From Tubiluchus corallicola (Eukaryota; Animalia; Priapulida), in NCBI GenBank assembly GCA_030141605.1, contig JAQGDQ010000770.1:34158-98157 (forward strand): a stretch of 64,000 bases of DNA, given 5' to 3'. Positions 18,101-32,344 of the stretch are shown here, piece after piece. Below the pieces are notes generated by a model. It ran no database searches. It had not been told where the DNA came from and saw nothing but the letters and a program-made list of their open reading frames with translations. Positions within the stretch are counted from its first letter, which is position 1, and each line of letters opens with the position of its first letter. Made by a program: the position numbers and the translations under genes.

Positions 18101-20599
18101 GCCCTAATGAAACGCTTGAGGGTACAACTAAAGGGCTACATCTTCTTAATCATTGTTGGTGGCGTTGCTAGTGTGATTGGAACGCTTATCAACATGTTTA
18201 CAGCTTGCCCGACCCCAGCTCTTGCAGGAACTACTTTTTCCACTGGGTATAAAGGCATTCCAGACATTATAGCATTTTTGAGGTTTGGTACTGGTTAAAG
18301 CAGCTAATGTTGGTACATATAGGTTGCACTGACGTAAAGAATAGTTTTTGCACAGTTACCTACATTTTGCGTAAGCATTCATCATTCATCTACAACTTTT
18401 ACACATTTATTAACTTCAAACGTAAGACTAGGAGTAGATAGCAGTGAACATTACAGAACCTAGAAACAAAAAATGCTTTATGTAATGTACACGCTCAAAC
18501 CAGCGTTGCGTTCCCATTGCTAAATTGTTTATTCTTCAAAAATACAAATTTGCTCTAGTCTGTAACTTCATTACATAATTATACTGGTTAACTACAAATA
18601 TTACCTCTACAAAACTACTGAAATACGTGCTGGAAAAGTACATTTTACAGAGTAGTACACTAGACTAGAAAACTAGAATGCATACATACATTGTTGGTCC
18701 AATATTGAGTCCAGAAACGCCAGAATGTCAACAAAAAGCAACTAATCACAGGTCAAATTTTAAACATAAAAGAGGTGTGTGTACACAACAAGTTCTGCAG
18801 GTGCATACAATGTAAGAGCAGAATAGTACAGTCTAACATATTGTGGCTTCTAATGCATATGCTACATGGGAGAGGGTAATGGAGCAAAAAGATTTATACT
18901 TGCGACACTTTATTTACTCTTATTGGTATTCCTGCATTTCCAATACTCGAATAACGTTCTGTCTTCTAACATACTGGAAATGTACTGCCATTCAGCTGCT
19001 TCAGACAAAAAACTGATTACAGACGTATTCAACAGGTGAGCCTTTGTATCATTTTAGGTGGAATTACTCAACTGTCTGTGACAACTGCCGCTGTGATTTA
19101 GAGCAATATGCACCAGTATGTGCCAGCGACAATCTGACATACTTCAGTCCATGCCATGCAGGATGTGCAACAATAAATAATACAATTCGACCAAAGGTAT
19201 TGAACACATTCACATTTAAATAGGTACGAAAGACATTACGTAATTAAAATTCATTTTTGAAATTAATTCCATCTCACCTTTTAATTCTTCTACAGACTTA
19301 TGCACAATGCTTTTGCAAAGCTCAGGCTGGGCCACATCTGGCAAATGCTTAGAGGACTGCAGTGGCCAGTTCTACAGGTTCGTGACAGTGATGGTGTGTA
19401 CTTTGTTTGTGATAGCACCTTTGGGAATTGCTAGCATGATGGCCAGGCTTCGTTGTGTCACAAACGAACAAAAACCTTTAGCACTTGGCTTGCTTTCGTT
19501 TTTCTGGAGTTTATTTGGTGAGTAATCACACCCAGTGCACCACTGTGTGTTTTTTGAGCCAAGCTCAAAAACTGTTGCGAATTAATTACCTTACAGTGCT
19601 TTATCACTTCCTGTAAAATTAGCTTATAGTTTGTGGCTAAATAAAGTTTCCATATTATTTTGCTGTTATTACTATTGATTACCTTTTTATAGATTTATAT
19701 CCGCGGAATATCTATTACTCCGACTCACCACTGAAACATTCTTTACTGTAACTAAGTATGTACTGGGTTACAGCATCAAAAATGTTGCCGCTTCCTGAAA
19801 CTACAAAAAAACCATGGTACCTCAAAGACTCCAAAGTAGTATCAGATCATCCCGGAATTACACACTGTAGACTTGGTTCACTAATTTTAAAAAATAAAGT
19901 GATAAAAAACTGCATTGTCCATTTGGCTTGCGTTAGTGTGTAATGGTATGGTGTTTGTGTACATGCTTGGGTGCATATGCGTATGTGTCATGTACTTTAA
20001 AGTTCATATATTTTCTCCGTTGCTTTTGTTTTCTTCTTACTTAGTATTTTACTTGTGTAGGCCTTGGACTTCTGTCTGTCTTAAGAAACGTTTAGCCAGC
20101 TACAGCTTGCTTAAGACAAACAAAAGACCAAGACCACCTGACTGTGTTTTGTTGGGAAGCATGGTAGGAAACTAAAAAGCTGCAATTTAAATATGCCTTA
20201 CTTCTTCCGGTTGATTACGTTTGTCTTCTTTTTGTTATTACGTTGGCTTGCGCAACACTTTTATTCAAATTAGCGGCTATTATTGCCCAGATTTAATCTA
20301 GCAAAATTGAATTATTCACTTTGCAAGGTGTTATTTGTAGCATTCATGCCAGGACCTGTAGTGAGTGGAGCTCTTGTTGAGATGAATGTGATCCAGATGG
20401 CAGCACTGGAAATTGTTTGCTGTATGATAACGACCGATTGCGCTACGTGGTACATGGAGCAACGATTGCCAGTTTTATACCTGGCATACTTTTCTACATT
20501 CTAGCATTACTAAGTACTAAAGGAAAATACTTTGAAGACGACAAAGAGAATGAAAAAAATGAAATGCAGTCTACAGCTGATATTAACGAGAATTTATAA
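15106..20599 (+). pseudogene. SLCO/OATP paralog 3, frameshifted (probable pseudogene)
   Basis: Exons 15106-15739, 16509-16595, 16940-17335, 18057-18246 and 19058-19196 are intact. Exon 6 (19296-19517) is 222 nt versus 229 nt in paralogs 2 and 4, giving TAG at 19350-19352. Exon 7 (from 20341) lacks 25 nt encoding TTCLLWNK, a second frameshift. Confidence 0.88.
17724..17990. repeat. (TTGCA/TTGTA)n pentanucleotide microsatellite
   Basis: Degenerate pentamer array in SLCO-3 intron 3; it produces the CIALH/MQCNA ORFs in the track. Confidence 0.95.
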
Positions 20600-23500
20600 T
20601 TATTTTATTACAAGATTACAACAGCATGACTGATGCATAACTCTGTGAGCGACAGTTCCCTTTTCTAATTACATAAATCTATTATAATAAAAACTTTCTT
20701 CGCTATTATTGTCTATTGCTATAGTTGTAGTACTGTAGTATCATTGTTATTGCAGACAGTAACAGCTTTGACAATTATAACATTGAGCCATATCATTAAC
20801 AAGGCACCTTCTTCTAGGGAAGAAATTTTATATTATTTTAGATTTATTCAATATACATGTTCGTGCTACTGTTGTTGGACAAAATTTCAATGTCTGCTCC
20901 TGTGTCTACACAGAATAAGGAAACAACAATACTAAACCAGTTTGTGAAGCTATAGTCATTGAGCATAAAATAACTATTGACATAAAACCTTGCGAAATAT
21001 GAAGTCTAGTAGACTTGTGGATCCAATAAAATAAAAATATAAAGGATTAGAAGGAGGCTATCAAGTAAATGTTTCCATACGGCTGCTACCACATTGAAAA
21101 ACGATGCATGAAATTATTAAAACTAGTGCCAAGCCGATATCCCAGACCAAGCCCAGCCAAAGTAGACCTTTGACAGAACAGATGCGCGCAGACAGCACCT
21201 TTGACAAACTACGCCTTTGAACAAATGAAACCCCAGACCAGAATCTGGAGACAGACCTATATCTAGAACAGAAAAAATTACCCAATAATTAAACAATATC
21301 CAGGTCTTGACACGACTCGACCGCACGCCGTGGACAAAACCTACCATCGTCTGTTACATAAAGCACCATTAGTGTTTACATTGCATTCGTTTCAGGTTAG
21401 AGGACATGCGTTAAAAACTAAAACTTTTAATTAACAGGAAAAAAAATGATTAAAGTAACTGAGCATATTTCTTCTGCAAGATAGTAATAACACGGAAATT
21501 TCTCAGGGGGTCAGTTGTGTCGCTTTTGCTGTTTCAAGTGCGTACATCTAAAATGTTTAACGAGTTTAATTCAAAAAAAAACATCAGCAAATTTAAGTAT
21601 ATGGCTGATAGTACGGTTCATGTTTCTTGTAGAAATGCAAAGCCTTGATAACCGACCTACTGCACAGCAACAATTCGTGTATAAACAGGTATTCAAGTAG
21701 CATTTATCAAATGTAAAACGGTTTTAAACGTTCACTTTGGAAGGAAATTTTCGAACAGTAAAATTAAAAGATGCCCGCACTTGCTGCAATGTACAGGCCA
21801 GCAAATGGCTTTGTATTTATAACATATATTTAAAAATATATTAAAAAAATTTAAAAATGTTAGCATGGTTACTAGGGGAAATTCTCAACATAGAATCATT
21901 AAATCGTAACCCACTGAATCTCGTCCTAAGTTGTGGTGATGCAAACGAGTGGAAATAATTATCTTATCATTCCTTAACCACACAAGGCAATCTTAGAAGT
22001 TTATGTGACTTTGCTTCTTTAGTGTCATTATTGCATAGTTAAATTAATTTGTTAGCTATTTTGCTTTTAATTAGGTATTTTGCCCGTAGAACCCTGATTT
22101 ACTAATTTTGTTTTCACTTTGGTTTGCGTAAATTTGCATAATTTTATTTACCATAATTGTTTGCTATTAATTTAATTTTGATGTGCTTTCCTATTCTGTT
22201 CTTTATTTTGTTTGAATAATATTTACTGGGCTGAAATTAGTAGACTCACTATTTAGGGATGGCAGACTAGATAACCTTTTGGTCTTCCGCCATCAAGCCC
22301 TTCTTTAATCTTTGTAACTCATTGTTATATGTTATCTATGATTGTTATTTTGGGATTGAACTTGGGATTGATTTTGGAATGGAAGGCAAAAAAATTAAAA
22401 AAATATTTTTTAGCCGAAGAAGCATTGGATTCACAGATGAATACAGACACGTAGGGACATTTAGCGTCGTTCCATTTGTAATTGTATACAGGTCTGATTT
22501 GTAAACAGTGCTCTCCTTGCCAGTTGTCAGGCTGCGGAGGGTGACTCCAACTAGTAAATAAGATGGGTTGGCCATTGGCAAGCCATATCCATGCTCCTTC
22601 TCTGTCTTGGTCTGTTCCACCAATCCAGGAATCGCCGATATCTATGAAAAATTACATTATTAAACAGAGTGCAACTGAATAACAGTATTGTCATGAGATA
22701 GGTTAGTAGTTTGAACAGATGTAACAGATTACAAAGCTCAGAAACCACGTAGTTTGAGGTACACCACAAAAAGTAGTGGTAAAGATTCTGTGGACCAGCT
22801 AGTTACATTCTTTACATGACTTTGCTTTCAATAAGTTCGTTTTTGTTAATTTTTATGCTTTAAAACTTTTAAGCTGTCTGGGTGGAAACTGGTAGAAAAT
22901 ATTATGAATTATAAATAAATGAACAGACGTTTGTTGAGAAGTTTTTGCATAATTTATGCAGACCAAATTTGATACGTAGACAACGAATCTGGTGAGGTTG
23001 CTTCAAATATGATCAGAAATCATCAGATCCACTCACTTTTATTTGGCAGTATCGAACTGTATATTGGCAGTTGAACAAATGTGAAGTTTAACAACATTAC
23101 TTAAATTACTGAACAAGGTGTTTTAAATTTGCTTAAAAAAGCTGTTTCAAAGCAAAAATACCATGACTACATTATCATATGGCGGTCAGTTTTTTTCATG
23201 GAAACCATTTTAGCAAACAAAAGATCGAAGAGAGTAATTTAATAAATTGCTTACTGTATGCCCGTATAATTAGTGGTTTTAATGCTCCATATAACAAAAG
23301 TACAATCTTTTAACATCTACTATAACTTATTGTGAATATGAATTTATTAAAAATGTGACGTAAAAATCTTGTATTTCAGAGTTTTTTCTTTAAAAATTGT
23401 GCATGCATTAATGATCAACTTGACATTTTTGACACATTCCTTAGGTCGGGTTTGTTTATCTAATGGTAAAATTGTTTCCATAATAAACGTTGTACAACAG

Positions 23501-24768
23501 TTAATCAAGCTCACTAATAGTCTTGTCCCCAGTCAAAAGTAAACAAAACACGCAGTTTTTTCTTTAAAACAGCCAGAATTCAATGAACAGAAACAGCAGT
23601 TAAAATGGGCTGTATAGCAGCATTATAAGCCTAGTAATTATTATGGTACTGTTATTTAATTATTTGTTAAATTATTAATTAGTCGATGCTGTAATTGTTA
23701 TACAATGCACTTGCGCATGCGCGCGCACACAGGATGTACTATGTATCAGAAAGTAGTTAATCTAGTTTATATACATAAAATATTTAATAGCGATAAACGG
23801 AACTGTGTATTTAACCTTTTGCTTGTACGAAGGTTGACTTATTATGACTGCAAATAAATTTAGGATCAAGGGAATGCATTGAATAGAAATATGTAGCTTA
23901 TGACACTTCTGGTGTTATCGCTAAAGAGAATTCATTTATTTATGGAATAAATGTTGTAATATCGAATTATTTGTGGTGCTATTCTTTTTTCTCAGTAAAT
24001 TTTCAATTACACAGTCCGGCTTAAGCGGCTGCCAAATATGTGACTAGATAATGACGACTTCTCTATGGTTTTGAAAACATGGGTAAGAAAACAGATTCAA
24101 ATTGCCTACTAAAACACGCAGATATTTTTGCACCATTTGCAAAACATCACGCCTCTTAGGGCGCTTGTGATGACAATCGAATCTAAGTCTTATGTAATCT
24201 TTGATAGCTCCATTCTTCATGCAAGGTGCCTCGCCTTAACAATATTGACAAAGAGCAACTTATGCTGCTATCATCTGTGGTGACGATAAAAGCAACCCAA
24301 ATCTTTAGTAATTTTCGATAGAGCTTTCATTTTTCAAGAAATTAATGTGTAACCAATTAAATTGATAGTAAGAATGGCAATGAAAAACTTAGGTTGGTAC
24401 CGCTTGCAACTGATATCTTGCTAACTTCACGTAATGTGTTTTACTCGGTTCTTAGAAGTTAAGAATTAGTGCAAATATATTTTAATAAATTGCAACAATT
24501 TTGACTGCCTCTGTGATATCGAGGCCATTTCCAAGCGATATTTTGCTAGAATTCGTTTCAATATCTATAATTTATGGCGTCTTTCTGTTTCAGGTATGTG
24601 TTGCTCCTTTTTCATGTTGCTTGGATACCACCAGGAATCACCGTCATGATGTAAATAAATAGTAAATAGTAAATAAAATGTTGAAGTGCTTATATAAATC
24701 AACATTTTGCATATTGTAAACTACAAGAGGTCTATTGCTAGCTACGTGTTATTAGCAAGCGAAGCAAG

Positions 24769-27700
24769 ATGACAGCCCATGAGACCAATAAAAGAGACAG
24801 GTTATGTGGAATTAACGAGTGTCATCCCAACTTTCTTCAAAGATTTGCAAATGTTTACTGCTTTGGTATTTTCTATGTGCTAAACTTGCTGTTTAGAGGC
24901 ATGCTTTTGGGTGTGTTATTGGGAGCAGTTACCACTATAGAGAAGCGTTTCAACTTAAAAACGCGGGAAATTGGAATACTTTTTTCTGTGCAAGATTTCG
25001 GTCATGTCTCTTGCGTTGTCTTACTGTCTTATTATGGTGCAAGAAAGCGGAAACCTCTGATCCTGGGAATCACCCAGGTTTTAGTAGCACTCTCCATATT
25101 CTTGTTCACCATACCGCACTTCATATTTGGTACCGGAAATGTGGCCGGCACTGCCGATTCTAGTAGCATTAGCAACATTACTGACGATAGTAGTTTGTGC
25201 AATGCAGCAAAACCAGATAGCAACGGTACAGCATGTGACAAAGTTTCAATTGATAGTACGGATGACAGGACCGCTTACGCTATATTTGCACTCTCACTTA
25301 TACTGCTGGGCGCAACTGGATCTGCATATCATGTCTTAGGTCTGGCATATTTAGACGACAACGTGAGAAAAGATGATGCACCTTTATTAATAGGTAAGCT
25401 AATAACACTTGCCATAAGATAGACTGCCGTTAGATTTGAATGCTAACCATAACATGATTGTAGATTAATCTGAACATATAGAGATATAGGCGTACGAAGC
25501 AGGGCATTTGGGGGGGGGGGGGGAGTAGGGCAAATGAGTTGTACATTTCCAATTTCCAGGGCAGAAGCTGTTTGTTTCTGGGAAATAATTCTACCTTAAA
25601 ATTTCAAAATTTAAGATTTCAACATCCAAAAATTGCTCACGTACCTTGTACAAAGCCACTATCCTTTTTACTGGCTGCAAGTAAAGTGTTTCTTGTACAG
25701 CGAATTTAGCTTTTAGTAATTTTAAAGTTAATATTAGACTTAATATTAAATTCAGTCCACTAAACAACGTAAGAACTATTCAAGTACGTGCTCATTAATG
25801 TACTGGCAAAGTTATAGACACATTTTGCAAATGGAAAACATGGACGTTCGCTGTCATTTTTTGTATTTCTAAACATCAGAAAAAGTAGACCTGAAAGTAT
25901 TTGCAGGTATGCTCAGTGAAACACAAACCTTTGGCTTGTGTCTTGTTAGACATATTTATTTTAGTAAAGGTTTTTATAATTTGGACTTAACTTTGCATTT
26001 ATATACTATTGTTAATGAGGGGGGACGGGCGAAATGTCATTTATTTCCGACCCACCCTTCTACATTGTGGTGGTCTTGTCCACACGAAGCCATTTTATAG
26101 TGAAGTACGCCGTGATATGCGTATCAGCACCATCCGCTCTACGTTACACTATTATGTTTTACGATAATTTTATGATATTGAATACATTATATGCGGAAAT
26201 GTAAATAAGTATCCGTATCAAGTCTAAATTATTTTGTTCTTTTAGACTTTTTTGTCATTCTATATTCTATAGTACAGAAAAGTATTTTGAAATCACTCAG
26301 TCTAAGGCATCTTATAAAAAAAAAATCAGAGCAAATTCACTCTGTACCCCCCCCCCCCGCTGCTAAACTTCCTCCCCTACGCCTAAGATTTGGGTGAACT
26401 ACTAATGTCTGCTTTGGTAAACAAAATGGCCTGCGTTGTTCGTGTTTTTCACACTCATTTCCAAATTATGGTTTCTACTTTTGCTGACAAATGTATTGTT
26501 TGGATTTTTGAAATTGAAACTCATTTTGAATCAGTTAATATAGTCAAAATATGACTAATATTATTACATTGTTACAACTTCAGTTAAATTAGCGTTAAGT
26601 GATGCGCTCTTTCTTAGTAACAAAACGATAATGTTATTGTAGGTGTCACGAACTCGCTGCCTATGTTGGGTCCAATGTTGGGTTACTTCTTGAGTGCAAT
26701 GTGTGTTAGTATTTATGTAGATTTTTCGGGTGAGTAAAATACGAAATTTAATTAGTAATTCAATGTAGTTCATTTTTAACAGTTCTGAACAATCATTGCT
26801 TTTGTATCTGTTTCTTATTTAGCTTCTATTTTGAGTTCTACTTTGAAAAATTGTTATTTTTTATTTCGCTTGGGTGTACGTGTTGTAGAAATGGTTTCAC
26901 TTACGGAAAGTTCAAAACCGGTAAAGAGTTGTGATTGAAAACTAACGCACTTGCAGTACAACGAGAAAATCCAGCTGCTATCGCCTTTGGGTTTTTCAAA
27001 ACTTCTGCGTTTTTGTGTAAAAGTTTAAAGAGTTAAAAAACAGGTTAATAAAACTGCATGACTTGGTTGAAGGAAGGTAACAACAACAAGGTTTTGTGCA
27101 GTAGGTGAGGTGACGTCAGCATCTTATACGAATTTTGATGAAGATTTGTGATTCCGCAGAAATTTGCCATATCATATTACCTAATATAATGCACGAGTCA
27201 AAATTAGCTAAGCCTCGTGAAGATTCCCTGTGTAAAATGCGTAGTGCTTTAGGGTTGCAAACCGGGAATGCATGTGAGGTTGAAAAGTGAGAGTCTGATC
27301 CATGACAGAAAATGATAGAAAATGGGCAACGTAAGGCGAATTTATATTTTAATTTTAGTTACAGCAGCGTAACTAAACTTTTAGAGCCCCTGCAAAATAA
27401 TTCTATAGGTCCCCGTCATTTACGCGTAAGCTTTTGCGGGCTACAGAGGTACTGCAACTTTTAGAATCAGTTGTAAAATCATAATAACTTTTTTTAAAAA
27501 AATTCTTCGCGATTTCGTGTCGGCAAAGGTGTGTAGTAAACCGTAATTACTGGTATATTGCTATGCACGTACTTTGTACTTCTTCTTCACAATGAAAGCC
27601 CCTCATACACAAAGATCCCTTGCGACAGTTACTGTTTAAAATTAAGTGGTTTTGGGGATGAGGCCGCGATTGAATCTTTCGTTTAGTTTGGTTTGGTTTG

Positions 27701-30700
27701 GTTTAGTTTGGTTGATGCATACAGTTGAAAGTGTTTAATAGCTGAATAAGCTCAGCAAACATTGGTTGTAGATGCGCGAATTTACCCAAGATAACTAGTA
27801 ATAGTCATTCAAGCGGGGTGCAGTTCTTGACTTCTAGCAAGGAAATCACAAAAACAACTTTTTGACGAAATATGTGATGTCTTTAGATACAAACCTAAAA
27901 CCATCAGATCCAGAATGGATAGGTGCTTGGTGGTTAGGAGTTCTGCTGACATCCATCCTTGTATTTATCTGCGCCATACCCCTGATGCTTTTCCCAAAGA
28001 CTGTGGTGGAATCAGAAGGAGCAAGGACTCTGCGCAGACAATCGCACCATTCACAGGAAAACGTAACTGCAAAACTGATGGAAAAACCTGCAGAACTAAT
28101 AGCAGACATTTGGAAATTGGTTCATAATAAGGTCTTTATTTTTCTAACTCTTGGCAGCTGTTTGGAATTTTGGCAGTATGACTTGTACTACATGTTTCTA
28201 CCGAAGTATGGAGAAGTACAATTTGGACTTTCTCCATCAACGGCTAACGTCTTTAACGGTACGAGGATATTCTCAGGCGAAGTATTATAGTTTATAAACG
28301 GATAACATTTGTAAATTTTAACAAAACTAATTACAAGAGTTAAACTAAGATTTAAACCAAACGTTTATATGTAGAAATTTGCAATTGCTGCAAACTTTTT
28401 TGGTACAATGCCGGAAAACTGCTTCAGAAAGGTACCATAAAACTAAGCAAAAGAGCTTAGCAAACAATATATCTTTTCATACAACGTCTTCTAGACCGTC
28501 AAATTTTGTCATTTGTTATCATTAATAAATTTATCTATGCTAATAGAGTTGACTTGTAGAATCAGAAACAATTTGAAATTCGTTGTTGTGTTTTCCAAAG
28601 AGATGCACTAAAATGATATAGACCTACCCAGAAACTTGAAAAAGTGTTTTATCTACAAAAAATTAACAGAATGCGCAATTAGCAACGAATCTAAAAAATG
28701 TACAGATGAATACAATAGGTTCCCTAATGTATTGTTTTGTTTTACAATGTGGTGCTATTGTTGGATGATATTAATGAGCATCAACAAAGGCTTATTACTT
28801 GGGACTTTACGTTCTAACAGGTTTGCTACTGGGGTTTATGACATGTGGTCTTTTTGCTGGCGGAATTATAATGAAACGCTTAAAGGTGCAATTAAAAGGA
28901 TACCTGTTGTTAGTCATTTGTGGTGGCGTTGCTACTGCGACTGGAACACTTATCAACATGTTTACGTCTTGTCCATCATCAGCACTTGCAGGAAATGCTT
29001 CCATTTCCACAGGGTATGAAGTTTACTTCTACAAGCTTAATGTAACTTGATTTTTGCGCGATGTGTAAGTGCAAACGAAACATAAATAAATAAATAAACG
29101 TGTAAATAAAACTTAAGAGACGAAGCTGTTGTGGTATCACAGACTTGTGTTACAAGGTCTAAGCCTATGCATACGGCAAATAAATGTGCTTCTCAGAGAA
29201 GAAATTTTTAACTATAATTTTTTCCTTTTTTAGATGGGAATATCCTACTCTCTGTGACAACTGTCACTGTGATTTGGAGCGATATGCACCAATATGTGCT
29301 AGTGATAATCTGACATATTTCAGTCCGTGCCACGCAGGATGTACAGCAATGAATGATACAATTCAACCAAAGGTACTAAAGACATCTCCATATCAGTGGT
29401 GTCTCTTAGCTAAAATTAGTTGGGTGTGCTGCTTCAGAAAATTTTTAGCCATTAATTTAATACTGTGTAAAATAACGAACACATGTGTAATTTTAATGTT
29501 GTAGTTATATTTGAAGATCAGGTGTTGAACGGTCTCTTTTTTTAACTGCAACTTTCTCATGGAGAGACAACTGTGAAAAATTAAGCTGTTGTAGTTCAAT
29601 TGCAGTCACAGAACTTATTTCTTGGTGGTACAAGGCGTCCATTATTAAGTATGTGAAAGTCATTTTGAAGTTGTTGTTCACTCACTTTGTTATGATTGAG
29701 TCTAGGCACAGAAGTATGAATATGAATAAAAAATCTATAATACATATTTGCACTGCACACAACAGAAAAGTGTTTATTAAAACTACAGAAACATGAGTAG
29801 CACAACTGCTGCACTGAACACTGAGAGTGAGAGTGACTGGAAAGCAAAAACAGTCAGTATATATAGGTATAGGACTTGACCTATGCAGACTTGCACAGGC
29901 TTCACAACAACCATTACTTTTAAATAGGGAGAGGACCAGCGTGTATGATTCACTGGACCATACAATTATACTGAGGGTAAGTCAGCTGGTAGAATGTAAC
30001 AGGATTAGCCCATAGATGGCAGCACCTAATTACAATGTGCAATTCCAACTTCCACAAAGTAATTTATGTTTTAAGCACACGCGCTAAGTTTACACTTTAT
30101 CACATAAAGTGATATCAACATGTCACAAGAATATGATGGTACACAGTAAGCACGTGGCAATTGTTACTGTGTTCGAGATAGTACTTTTCTACCTAGCAGC
30201 AGCCGCTAGCGTACAGCGTGTTATCTCAGACATGTACGCATGGCCGCATACGCACAACAGCCAAACACCACGTTGCTTGGGCTGTGAGGCAAATTGTACT
30301 TACTCACATGCCTCGCTTCCGCACAAGTATAAAAAACGAACTAAAGGAAAACGACTTATTATGTTGAATATTATAGGTAATAGTGAGTAAAAACAGTGGG
30401 TGCTACAGTACCTCAGTACCTATACACGAGCCGCCACTGCTCCATATAAAAGTTGCTTAAGGAATGTAGAGAAAGAAGTTTTACTAGCTAACGCTTTCTT
30501 ATATTTTTTCTGCAGACATACACAGCTTGCTCTTGCGAAGTGAGTGACTTGGGTTGGGGCACGTCTGGCATATGTTTGGAAGAGTGTACTGATGGCTTCT
30601 ACAGGTTCCTAGTTGTTATGTTATGCACTCTGTTAGTGACATCACCGTTGGGTATTGCTGGAATGATGGCAAGACTTCGTTGCGTCGCGAAGGAACAAAA

Positions 30701-30851
30701 ACCTTTAGCGCTCAGTTTGCAATCGTTCTTATGGAGTTTATTTGGTGAGAACATATACATACACACACATGCACGCACGCACGCACGCACACGCACACAC
30801 ACACACACATACACACACACACACGCCCACACACACACACACGCACGCACG

Positions 30852-30931
<80 letters not shown>

Positions 30932-30951
30932 CACACACACACACACATTCA

Positions 30952-30999
<48 letters not shown>

Positions 31000-31652
31000 C
31001 ACACACACATAATTATGATCTCATAAAAGCAAAAGAGTACGCAACGGTACAACATTTTGGGCTCAAGGACTTCCCAAGTTGGCTCCTTTCTTACCTGCGT
31101 GAATCAGATTTTGTGTAGACTAGTACTTGACTAGTGTTACCATTGCTATACCGGAAAGTTGCTTCAGGCCTACTAATTGGCCTTGATAATATTCTCGGAT
31201 TTGCTGAAGGTTGTTTTATATTGGATAAACATATATTTTTATAAACAGTGAATAAGTGACCATGTAGAATATGTTATAGGACGGCCACAGTATACATTAT
31301 TTTTTATAATTTTGTAGTATTCATGCCTGGACCTATTGTGAGTGGCGCTCTCGTTGATACAGCATGCTTGCTGTGGAACAAAGACAAGTGCGACATAGAT
31401 GGCAGCACTGGAAACTGCTTGCTGTATGACAATGATCGTCTGCGCTACGTAATTCACGGATCGACTATCGTTTTCGTCATTCCTGGAATATTCTTCTATG
31501 TACTAGCATTACTGAGCGCTGATGGAGAATATTTTAGAACTGACAAAAAAGATGAATGTGAAGAAACAACAGATGCTAGGATAGATCATTATAAGGATAC
31601 CCCTGAGGATAATGACTGCTCAAAAATTAGATTGCACGATGTCGCAAGTTAG
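24769..31652 (+). CDS. SLCO/OATP transporter, paralog 4 (intact, 659 aa)
   Basis: Exons 24769-25393, 26643-26729, 27887-28258, 28821-29013, 29234-29372, 30516-30744, 31318-31652 sum to 1980 nt, open. Same motifs and internal exon sizes (87/193/139/229) as paralog 2. Confidence 0.95.
25487..26385. mobile_element. MITE-like element in SLCO-4 intron 1
   Basis: TAGGCGTA followed by poly-G at the left end and poly-C followed by TACGCCTA at the right end (inverted). No clear TSD. Confidence 0.55.
29394..30439. mobile_element. hAT-type non-autonomous element in SLCO-4 intron 5
   Basis: TIRs CAGTGGTGTCTC and GAGCCGCCACTG; perfect 8-bp TSD CTCCATAT at 29386-29393 and 30440-30447. Removing it shrinks the intron from 1143 to 89 bp, close to paralogs 2 and 3 (121 and 99 bp). 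Confidence 0.85.
30760..31008. repeat. (CA)n/(CACG)n compound microsatellite
   Basis: Lies directly after the SLCO-4 exon 6 donor. Confidence 0.97.
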
Positions 31653-32344
31653 CAAACTTAGAACGTGCAGATAATTCTTTATATTACGACCCATTACTCA
31701 ATGAAAACCCTGCATAAGTTCGTGGTGAGACCAGATTCTTTATCGGGCAAGTATCGCGGCATTAGTTACAACACAGTGGGTTTGGAAATATCGTCAAGTT
31801 GCACAGCTCAAACATTTGCGTTTTTCTATTTTCTACAGTAATGTCCTTTTCACATTGATTAAATTTTTTAATTAATGGAATCATTTTGGAAACAATTACA
31901 TGTACCTCTTGCGTAACACACGCGAAATAGAACACTGAAATAACACTATAGCAAGTTTTATTATCAGTACTTATAAACAAAAAAGTGAACAAAAAACACC
32001 AACTCTAACCAAAGTAACAGCACTAAGATACTAGGTAGAGGAGTACCTATGTAAGAAAATCAAGGTTGTAGTAATCTGCACGCGCTTTTATACTGGTATT
32101 TCAGGCTTGCTGGCTTCTCACACCTCGTGTTGGCCCAAACAAGACGTCTGGATCTACAAAGAAGGGGCGAGTTGCTACTAATGTGGAGGCTAGGCGTGCA
32201 GAGAATCCTATGCCTGACCCGACAACAGGTGTTTCCGTAACAACATTTTACCAGTCGGACGCAGTGCGATAATTCTTGAGTGAGTTTTGGGTGTCAAGGA
32301 AAGGAAAGCTACTAGGCCTTTCTTTGTCCTCAGCTTCCTGTTGT

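Noticed and set aside
19319-19326. Alternative acceptors rescuing the SLCO-3 exon 6 frame
   Set aside because: Both nearby AGs (exon starts 19321 and 19326) are out of frame, and exon 7 has its own frameshift.
30599-31118. His/Thr- and Cys/Val-repeat ORFs
   Set aside because: Read-through of (CA)n/(CACG)n beyond the exon 6 donor at 30744.
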